DNA of 64,000 bases from NCBI RefSeq assembly GCF_009914755.1, contig NC_060930.1; one strand, written 5' to 3'. The stretch comes from the human T2T-CHM13v2.0 reference genome, Homo sapiens. A program made the translations under genes and the position numbers. The notes under the pieces were generated by a model, which saw nothing but the letters and a program-made list of their open reading frames with translations, did not search any database and was not told the origin of the DNA. Each line of letters begins with the position of its first letter. Within the stretch, counting starts at the first letter, position 1. Of the stretch, positions 52,718 through 64,000 are shown in pieces.

Positions 52718-54012
52718 TAGCCAGAATGGTCTCTATCTCCTGAGCTCATGATCCGCCCGCCTGGGCCTCCCAAAGTGCTGGGATTACAGGCGTGAGCCAC
52801 AGCACCCAGCCGCACTTCCTGATTTCAAAACTACAGGACCAGGTGTGGTGACTAGCTCATGTAATTCCAGCACTTTGGGAGGCTGAGGCAGGAGGATCAC
52901 TTGAGCCCAGGAGTTTGAGACCAGCCTGGGCAACAAAGGGAGATCCTGTATCTGCAAAAATAAAAAATAAAAAAATTAGCCAGGCATGGTGGCAGGCTCC
53001 TGTGGTCCCATCTATTAGGGAGGCTGAGGTGGGAGGATTTCTTGAGCCCAGGAAATCAAGGCTGCAGTGAGCCGTGATTAGTGCCACTGCAGTCCAGCCA
53101 AGGCGACAAAGGAAACTCCATCTCAAAAATAAATAAATAAATAAAAATTAATTAAATTAAAATGCATACAATTCTCCAGGACGGTGGCTTACGCTTGTAA
53201 TCCCAGTGCTTTGGGGGACCAATGGGGAGGACTTCTTGAGGCCACAAGCTTGAGACCAGCCTGGGCAACACAGGGAGACCCCGTCTCTACCAAAACTAGG
53301 GAAAAATTAGCTGGGCGTAGTGGCACACACCTGTAGTTCCAGCTACTCAGAAGGCTGAGGTAGGAGGATTGCTTGAGCCAGGGATGTTGAGGCTGAAGCG
53401 AGCCACGATGGCGCCACTGCCCTCCAGCTTGGGTGATTGAGTGAGGCCCTGTTTCAAAAAAAAAAAGTGTACGATTCAGTAGCATTTATTACACTCATCA
53501 TGTTGTGCAAAAATCACCACTACCTAATTCCAGAATATTTCTATCCCCCCAAAAGGAACCCCATATTCACAGTCACTTCCCGTTCACCCCTCCCCTCAGC
53601 CCTTGGCAATTATGAATCCACTTTCTGTCTCTATGGATTTGCCTATTGACCCCATTTAAAAATATATAATTTTAATCAGATTTATTTTCATTATCAATTT
53701 TCATTGAGAAAATATTTTCTGGAGTGAATAGTATTAAACAAGATCATTCCTTAAGTAATTTTCTATAGCATGCAGTAACTTTTTTCCATTTTGATTTTTA
53801 CCTTGCTGAGATTATTATCACTGGGATCAATTCTTTTCTAACAAATTTTAAAATCCCATGTGACTTATTGACTTTTTGGGGGGCCTGAGGGGAGAGTATA
53901 CAGCAAGTTTCATTGTTTAAATTTCCTCTGTGAGTATTTTTTGTGGCTATTATTTTTACCAGGTATCATTTCTCTAATCAAATTTTGCAGATTCAAATTT
54001 GAGATGTTTTAA

Positions 54013-54276
<264 letters not shown>

Positions 54277-54399
54277 TGAGCTCAGAGGCAATCCACCTGC
54301 CTTGGCTTCCCAAAGTGCTGGGGTTATAGGCGTGAGCCACCGCTCCCGGCTCTTCCGGTCATTTTTATGTTGTATTGATGATTTCTTGGGAGCATTCAC

Positions 54400-54665
54400 T
54401 GACTTCCCTCTAAAGAATATCTCCTATTATTCTCTAGCTCTCCAAACCCCTGTTATACTTTGTAGCATTTATCACCAGCTGATGTTATTTTATATTTATT
54501 TGTTTATCTGCTTATCATCTTTCTTTCCTCCCAGTCTGTGAGCCCCATGAGGGCAGGGATTTTGTCTGTCTTGTTCATAGCCATATTCCCAGCACTTAGA
54601 ACAGTGCCTGGGACACAGTGGGCTCTCAGTACATGAAAAGAATGTACTGAATTGAATGACTTGAA
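54400..54665 (-). mobile_element. L2 3'-end fragment
   Basis: GAGGGCAGGGATTTTGTCTGTCTTGTTCA...AGAACAGTGCCTGGGACACAGTGGGCTCTCAGTA. Confidence 0.7.
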
Positions 54666-55237
54666 TAGAACACTGATGGTCTGAATTTGTCCCTTGGTTG
54701 GTCCATGGGTAAAATCACGAGGAAACTTCTTAGACACACAGAGAGAAACAATGCCAGACAGAGAAGGGTCCAGGGCCCAAATGATGGGGCCAAGCCATCC
54801 TACTGCACACTGAGGATGAGGCAAGTTCCTAGGAGTTCCAGTTTTGCTGGGGAGACACAGGTAGCCAGCAGAGCAGCCTCAGCTTTTGTATTTGATTTAC
54901 TGATGCTACAAAATGGTGACTTATGGCTTAAGGGCAGCAGAGAACATTGTCAGTACGACCAGAAATGGTGTTAATGGCGCTACACAGACCATCAGGGCAA
55001 AAGGAGAGACCAAAACAGACAAGGAGGCGGAGCTTTGACAACATTTGAGCCAGCACCTTACAATAGCTGTTGTTGCTGGAGGCCGACACTGAACAGCCTG
55101 GCTGGGGTCTCTGCTTTCTCTCCCACCATTTTGCCCAGTTGAACACCATTAACCAACAGAACCACAGCCAAGACCTGGGACCCACAATGAGTGATCTCAT
55201 TTTTAAAAAAATTTAGGTGGCCGGGTGCGGTGGCTCA

Positions 55238-55536
<299 letters not shown>

Positions 55537-55664
55537 TTACCCAGGCTGGTCTCGAACTCCTGGGCTCAAGTGATCCTCCCACCTCGGCCTCCTGAGTAAC
55601 TGAGATTACGTGTGCGAGCCACCATGCCCAGTAAGTCACTTCACTTTAAAGCCTCCATTTGGGC

Positions 55665-56253
<589 letters not shown>

Positions 56254-57104
56254 TGACCAGCCTGGTCTCCAACTCCTGACCTCAGGTAATCCACCCACCT
56301 CGGCCTCCCAAAGTGCTGGGATTATAGGCATGAGTCACCACATCCAGCCCAAAGTGAGTTATTTTTATTTTTATTTAATCAGTTAATGAATTTATTTATT
56401 TTTGAGACCGAGTTTCACTCTTGTTGCCCAGGCTGGAGTGCAATGGCATGATCTCAGCTCACTGCAATTCCTTTGCCTCCCGGTTTCAAGCAATTCTCCT
56501 GCCTCAGCATCCCGAGGAGCTGGGATTAATTATAGGTGTGTGTCACCACACCCAGCCAATTTTTGTATCTTTAGTAGAGGCAGGGTTTCACCATGTTGGC
56601 CAGGCTGGTCTCGAACTCCTGACTTCAGGTTATCTGCCCACCTCGGCCTCCCAAAGTGCTGGGAATTACAGGTCTGAGCCACCATGCCTGTCCCTAGGTG
56701 GTCTTCGGGCTTCAGCTCCAACATATCATGCTGCAATCCACCTTCACTGCGTTGGTGAGGAAACCAAGGCTGAGAGGTGATGTCCCATCCCAGGTCACGT
56801 GGTGAGTTGGCGGCGGAACAAGAATCAGATGCAGCCCTTGGCTCTAAACTCTGTGATGTATTCCATGTCATCTGGGCTGGGCCCTCCTGGCTCTGAGAAG
56901 AGGGGGAGCATGAAAAAGGGACAGAAGGCAGGAGGGCCATGGCATGAGCAGGCTGATCTGCCTGAACTGTGGTTTTCTCCTCCTTGGCCTAATGCTTGGC
57001 TGCATGATGAAAGAGGCCCAGCTGGAAAGAAGACCCTGTGCTCCCAGACTGAAAAGCAGCAAAGAGATTGTGGGCTGGAAGGGGTGCTTTGCAGCTGTGA
57101 GCCT

Positions 57105-59007
57105 TGTAGGAGCAGACAGGTGTGATCTCTTTCCTCACCCATCCTAGGGATCATGCCAACACTCTATAACAAAAGGCAGGTTAACAAGACAAAAGCATAC
57201 CACATTTATTTAATCAAGGTTTTATGTGACATAAAACTTTGTCACATAAAGTCACAAAGCCTTCAGAAATGAAGGGCCAAAGACCCCTGGAAAATGGTCT
57301 GTTTTTAAGCTTAGGTTGAAAAATGGACAGCCATGTAGAAATGGGATTGGACAAAGGAGCATGATCTAGTGGTAACAGACTGAAAGGGGAAGCCCAGTGA
57401 TGACAGTGGCTGCTGCCCTCACACTGGCTGCAGCAGGGAGGTGTGGCTGGGGCTGCACACTCCATGGAGCTGGTGGGGTCCCACCCTTTCTGAGTTGGGG
57501 CGGGAGTTCCCTGGGTGACACTGCAGCTGCCCAAACCATGGCTGCAAACCCAGGCCTCCTGCTCTACGGAGCAGGCAGGAGCCCTTGTCCTCCTGGGCAG
57601 GGCTACAGTTACCCAAACTGTGGCTGTGGATCCCAGCCTCCCTGTGCTCTTGGAGGGGGTCAGGAGCAGGTAAGATCTGCCCTCCTGGGTGCAGCTGCAG
57701 CCCCCTGACCAACAGCTGCAGACCTGGGCCTCCCACTCCATGGAGCAGGCAGGAGCTGGGGACAAGCAGGAGCCCCGCCCCTTCCGAGTTGGTGGGGTGG
57801 GAGCTCCAGGGTACAGCTGCAGCTGCTGCCCTCTCAGGCACAGGACCTGGGAGTCTCTGCAGCCTGCACCCTCAGGGGCCCCAGGAAGGCCCCCCCAACC
57901 TTGCCCTGTCCCTGCAGGCTCGAAGGTGTCTGCTGCTTCCACTGCCTGGCCTCTCTCCTCTCCCAGCACCTCCTCTGATCTCAGAGCAGGGTTGGGGCTG
58001 AGCCCTAGGGCCATGAATGGCAGCAGGAGGCCTGGGCAGAAGGGGGCAGGTTCCTGGTAAGGCCCTACCTTCAGGCTAGGGAGGGCCTGAAGGCTGGAGG
58101 CCAGGCTGCCAGTCCCGGCAAACTGGAGTGGGGACTCATGGTGCCTCTTCTGGCCCGCCCATGGCCACCCTTGGACCAATCGGCAGGTGCTTCCTCCCCT
58201 CTGAGGTCCATAAAAGCCCTGGGCTCAGCCAGAGCAGGGCAGAGGACAGCCAGAGAACAAAGAGGGTAGAGATATGATGGGACACAACCAGCTGCAGAGA
58301 GGAGCTACCCTCTCTACTTACAGCTGGAGACAAGAGGAACTACCCTCTCTGCTGATAGCTGGAGATGACTCGATGACCAGCTGCAGAGAGGCACTCCTCT
58401 CTCTGCTGAAAGCTGCCACCCCCTCCAGGGCCTCCTCTCTGCTTAGAACTGAACACTTGACTGAGGGATGCCCTGCCTACAGAGAGGAGCTACCCACTGC
58501 GGGTCTCTTCTGAGCTGTTGCAACACTCATCTTCGTCTCGTTCACCCTTCACTTGTCTGTGTACTGCAGGATGAGAACTCGGGCAAAGGCACCGTGTCTG
58601 GCCAGAAAATCGACATCCCAAAGATCCTGTAACACCAGCAAGGCCCAGCAAGGCCCTTCTGTTCAGATTCATCTTGGTCTCTCTGTGTAGCCTTCCTTCC
58701 CCCAGGGTCTGGGGCAGGACCTTTCCGCAAGGAGGGTCTTCAGGAAAGAAGGGAGAGAGTGACTTTTCTAGGTTTTACGGCTTGCTTTGGGGGAAAGAGG
58801 TTCTAGTTTCTATGTCTCACCTTGGAGAAGAGAAATTCTGGTTTCTATGACTTCCCTCAGGGGAGAAAGAGGGGCGAGAGACAGGAGCTCACGAGAGAAG
58901 GGCAAGAGACTTTGTTTCTGAGGCTGCTTTGGAGGCCTTTCCTTTAGTTCAAAGTACTTAACCTGCCAATGTGTCGTATTCTGGGGTATCATTTGCTCAG
59001 CCCAACG
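57105..59007 (-). mobile_element. MER39-like ERV1 LTR split by MER52
   Basis: 4-bp TSD GCCT (57101-57104 / 59008-59011); minus-strand start resembles recalled MER39 (GATACCCCAGAATA...GTACTTTGAACTAAAGG). Confidence 0.72.
57398..58634 (+). mobile_element. Solo MER52(A)-like ERV1 LTR
   Basis: TGATGACAGTGGCTGCTGCC...GATCCTGTAACA; TSD CCAG (57394-57397 / 58635-58638); GC-rich internal repeats. Confidence 0.85.
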
Positions 59008-59502
59008 GCCTCATGGCAGTGCCTCTGCTTAACTCTTCTTCTTGGGTGCATTTGCTTTGGACGAAGTAGAAGCTGAAACACAGCCCAGGATTGGAGAGGA
59101 ACTCAGCCCTAAAATTCTGGAGACCAGAGCTTGAGGCCTAAGCCTGCCATGGACTCACTGGGACCCTTGGGCAGCTCACCCAGCCTCTCTGGGCCTGGGA
59201 TATGGGAGCTTGACCCAGTGGGACCTCTCCAGTTACAAGATACCGGTTCTGGCCACCAGGCTTGGGTTCAAAGACCAGCTCAATTGATGCCCCTTGGATG
59301 AGTCATTTTCTCATTAAAAAAAAAAACAAGTAGGAGTCAAAGTAATGTTTGGCATGGTAAAAGTCAAAGGAAACAATGCATGTGGAGGCTCTTGGAAAAA
59401 TGAAAAATCAATACTTTGTACAGATTCTCCCCTGCCCGCCCCCAACCATTAATTTTGAGGATGACATTACTAATGATGAACTCTGCCCAAGACCACATCT
59501 TA

Positions 59503-59865
<363 letters not shown>

Positions 59866-59937
59866 TTACAAAATCTGTCAAGTGTTGAACCTGCCGGCCA
59901 GCCTTCACTTAGGTATTCTGCTTGCGTTTAAGGTACA

Positions 59938-59956
59938 ACGCCACTAGGTGGCAATG
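59938..59956 (+). promoter_or_regulatory. Candidate CTCF site (forward orientation)
   Basis: ACGCCACTAGGTGGCAATG; the reverse complement contains the canonical core TGCCACCTAGTGG. Confidence 0.7.
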
Positions 59957-60039
59957 GTATCTAGGCCATAGAGGCTTGTTCCAGAGCTGTTACCCCAGGA
60001 CAATCTCAAGTGTCCTCTCTTTTTATACTTGGAGAGAGG

Positions 60040-60360
60040 CACCCCTGAAGGACCCAATGAGCCTCAGTTTCCTCAGTTGTAAAATGAGGATAAGAGTACT
60101 TACATGAGGGCAAGTAAGTAAACTCCTCCTGTGCATAGTAATGCCTTTAGTAAATATTTGCTTCTTTCCTAGCTGTATGATTAGGAACATGGCTTTTGGA
60201 ACAAGACAGCCTAGGTTTGAATCCCAGCTCCTACCACCTACCAGTTTTGTGACCTCAGGCAAGTTACCTAAACTCTGTGGGCCTCCATTTTCCTGTCTGT
60301 GAAATGGGGCCTGGTAATCAGACCCATCCCTGTAGTTTCCATGTGTAAAGCTTAGAAAGT
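60040..60360. mobile_element. MIR fragments
   Basis: GAGCCTCAGTTTCCTCAGTTGTAAAATGAGG; GGTTTGAATCCCAGCTC...GTGACCTCAGGCAAGTTA. Similar MIR pieces occur at about 17520-17940, 51200-51520 and 63230-63560. Confidence 0.7.
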
Positions 60361-60486
60361 ACCAAGGCTGGGTGCGGTGGCTCATGCCTGTAATCTCAGC
60401 ACTTTGGGAGACTGAGGTGGGCGGATCACCTGAGGTCGGGAGTTTGAGACCAGCCTGACCAACATGGAGAAACCCCATCTCTACTA

Positions 60487-60645
<159 letters not shown>

Positions 60646-62266
60646 TCAAAAAAAAAAGAAAGTAAGTACCTGGTCCAGGAAAAGTGCTATGTTTGCCACA
60701 GTGTCTGTATGTCCTGGGGTGAATAGGCTGGGTCTGGGTCTTAACTCTGGGCACCTTCCAAGACTGAGGGCCTTGTCATCTTCAGGGAGTTTTTAACTTC
60801 CCAGGCATGAGTCATGGACTGAGGAAGGCCCAGTTCTGAGGCTCCTGACATGCTGGTTCAGGATTCAGGACACAGCTGGCAACAGCCTCTGTCCACCAGG
60901 CAGGTGATGGCACTCAATTTGCAAGTGTGAAGCCAGCTGGTGGGAGGATAAGGCAAGGGCAGAAGGAGCTGTAAGACTGTTTTTAAAGTACTTTTGTGCC
61001 TCAGGGGTGTCCTGCTCAGGTCCCTGCGTGCTGCTGAAAGGCAACTCATAAAATAAAACACCACAATGGGTGACTGGGCCAATTGCTTTCCACGCTCTGA
61101 CCTGCCCACCTCCATGCAGGTTTGCAGGGGAGGAATCATGTGGCAAAGACGGCACCTGACCAGAAGTCAGGAGATCTGTTTTTGGCTCCAGCTCTGTCAC
61201 GGATGTGCTGTGTGACCTTGAATGAGTCACTTTCCCTCTCTGGGCTTCAGAGTCCTGCTCTGCCAAAATTCGGGAAAAAAATCCATGTCCTTTCTTTTTA
61301 ACCAGAGATGTGGTAAGAATAGAGAAACTCCTCAAAACCCCACCTCCTCCTTGAAGCCTTTCATGTTGGATGGAACAAAAGGGAACCCACAGCGCTACCA
61401 CCACCCTCCTGTTCTCCTAGGCTAAACATGTAATATTAATTAGCATCCATTATTCATTTCTTGGTTGGTTGATTTCACAGGCTTGTCCAGTGCTGGTCTG
61501 TCCTTTCCACAAGTTATATCTGCATGTGAAAACTCCTCTGGGGAGGTCTGTAGGCCTGCCTCATTGCCCTCTATGGTACAGACAGCCTAACAGAGGAGGC
61601 TTCTGATGGAGGGAGGGCTCGAAGCTCTCAGTGGGAAGGAAGGTACCATGGAAACTGAGGCTGGTCAGATCTTAATGGGACTGAGAAAAAGTGCACTGAG
61701 GCCGGGCACAGTGGCTCATGCCTGTAATCCCAGCATTTTGGGAGGCCAAGGTGGGCGGATCATGAGGTCAGGAGTTCGAGACCAGCGTGGCCAACATGGT
61801 GAAACCCCATCTCTACTAAAAATACAAAAATTAGCCAAGCGTGGTGGTGCGTGCCTGTAATCCCAGCTACTCCAGAGGCTGAGGCAGGAGAATTGCTTGA
61901 ACCTGGAAGGCGGAGGCTGCTGTTAGCCGAGATTGTGCCACTGCACTCCAGCCTGGGCAACAGAGCAAGACTTTGTCTCGGAAAAAAGAAAAAAAAAAAA
62001 GTGCATTGAGGAGAAAAAAGATGTGAAAAGTGCTTTGAAAAGTGAAAAGTGCTGTGCAAAAGGGAGAAAGTCTTATTCTCTGAGCGGGGCACAAAACAAT
62101 AAGAGAAAGAGGTGAGAGGAGAGAGAGAGGGAGAGAGAAAGTTTATCTTTGATGAACGTTAAGTTTTACCGACAGAAAATCTAGAAGAAAGCTAGTTTAA
62201 TTTTAGGAAGCATGGAAGTTGTGTCAATTCCTAAAATAACAGTTTATTTTAGATTACACAGGACAG

Positions 62267-62268
<2 letters not shown>

Positions 62269-62306
<38 letters not shown>
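62269..62306. repeat. (GT)19 microsatellite
   Basis: Direct reading. Confidence 0.97.
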
Positions 62307-62307
<1 letters not shown>

Positions 62308-62818
62308 CCACTCTCATTTTTTCGGGGCTTGAAGCTGCTAAGGTCTGAATTCAGCTTTAGGGAAGCCTCAACTCCTAAAGGAGTAAGCCCAGCTCAGTCT
62401 TCTCCCTCACCCCTCTCCCCACCCACCTCCTCCCTCTCCCTACCTCTGCCCAATCAGGTCTGACCAGCCATTGCCCTTCCACACTGTCCCCAAGTGGCTC
62501 CGCCCCTGGGAAGGCAGAGTCCTCCCTGTGCCCTCTGCATTACACCCTGTCCCCTGTGAACGTCCTCTTCCTGCTCTTGCCATCCTCCACCGAATGCCTG
62601 CTGCCGAGGAACATCGAGTGTCCTCTCTCAGTCAGTGTCCTGTGCTCTGGACTTCACTGCCTTTTCAAAACCTTCCAGGCCTGGGCTTCATTCCGTCTAC
62701 ATCAAAGCTCCTGATGACACATTGAGCCAGGCTAATGTATTAGTAGGGGAGGGGCCAATTGTTAGTCCATCCATCCTAGATTGTCTTTTAAGAGCCTCTT
62801 GGGGAATTAGCTTCTTTA

Positions 62819-62965
<147 letters not shown>

Positions 62966-63327
62966 TTAAAAATTAGCTAGGTGTGGTGGCATGCGCCTGT
63001 AGTCCCAGCTATCCGGGAAACTGAGGTGAAAGAGGATTGCTTGAGCCTAGGAAGTCGATGCTGCTGTGAACTGTGATTGCACCACTTTATTCCAGCCTGG
63101 TCGAAAGAGCAAGACCCTGTCTGAAAAAAGAAAAAAAAAAAAGGTCTGTCTAAAGAGGGGTGTTTCATACCACTGTGGTAGACCAGAAAGGGAGAAATTT
63201 TGGGGTGCATGTAGTTGATGATAATAATAATACCATTATTTTGGCACACCTACTAAGTCCCAGGCACTATACTAGGTGACTTAACATTCTTTGTCTAATT
63301 GCAATAACCCTATGAGGCAAGTGTAAC

Positions 63328-63357
<30 letters not shown>
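63328..63357. repeat. (CAT)10 microsatellite
   Basis: Direct reading. Confidence 0.95.
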
Positions 63358-63359
<2 letters not shown>

Positions 63360-64000
63360 ATACAACAAAACTAACTGAGTACGTATGTGCTAAGCAGTTC
63401 ACCTAATTGTCTTGTGAGGTAGGTGCTGTTGCCATGCCCATTTTCCAAGCCGGGGAACCAAGGAACAGATCAAGTAAGCAACTTGCCACACAGCTATTAA
63501 GATGAAAAGGCTGAATCTCAAGGGGTTGAGTTACCTGTCCATGTTCACCCAGCAAGCAAGCAACTGAGTGAAGTCGATGTTCCCCCCACCCACCCACATG
63601 CTTGTCACACCTCCTTCTGGGGCTACTGGGAAATTCTAGGTTGAGGTAAGGGCAGCTAGGACCAGGAGCTGCTGGAGTGGGAGTGGGGGGTGGGGCTTCA
63701 CCAGCCTGAAACAAACAGCATACCCCTTGCACAGAGGGTGTCCAGCAGTGCTCCACGACCCAGTCCTAGCCACTTGCCAAATGTCCCCTGGCATTTTGCT
63801 GACCTTTCCCAGCAATCCATCCCTGCCTCCTGCCCTGTCTGGCTCATCAGAATCCCAGTAAACCTTTGGCACCCTGTTGGAATGCTGCCTCCTCCAGGAA
63901 GCCTTCCTGGATGGCCTAAACCAGAGCCTTATACTGACCTTCTCCAGAACATTGTCCACTCACTTAGCCGCACTGGTCAGCCTTGACGTACATACTACCA

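Noticed and set aside
54850-55200. Protein-looking short frames (MVTYGLRAAENIVS...; 90-aa minus ORF), and a hydrophobic frame at 52387-52490
   Set aside because: No clear splice boundaries, internal stops, and no recognisable family.
57214-58179. Longest ORF in the window (321 aa, minus strand)
   Set aside because: Lies within the GC-rich MER52/MER39 LTRs, has overlapping ORFs in several frames, and shows no recognisable domain.

Overview
Primate, almost certainly human, genomic DNA (it carries an AluYa5 with all five diagnostic bases). The only gene I can support is the complete six-exon RPS10 (40S ribosomal protein eS10, 165 aa) on the minus strand, about 17310-25929, with a CpG-island/TCT promoter and a 5'TOP. 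From recalled human gene order (6p21.31, not visible here), NUDT3 lies left of the window and PACSIN1 just right of it, so 1-18217 would also be the intron of the known RPS10-NUDT3 read-through. The rest is very repeat-dense: about 100 Alus or Alu fragments by manual count, fragmented old L1/L2/MIR, and many solo LTRs, including a multi-level nest at 36.1-40.7 kb with three ERV9/LTR12 copies. Nearly all listed ORFs are Alu/LTR artefacts. I found no convincing new multi-gene system. The best leads are: a 91-bp inverted templated insertion in RPS10 intron 4 that preserves a pre-Alu empty site; a split, opposite-orientation TSD implying an inversion at the left edge; a palindrome cluster beside the RPS10 exon 2 donor; divergently facing LTR12 promoters upstream of RPS10; candidate unannotated exons at 33.4 and 48.2-49.35 kb; and divergent CTCF motifs. 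Repeat subfamily names are from recall of consensus sequences and need RepeatMasker/Dfam confirmation.
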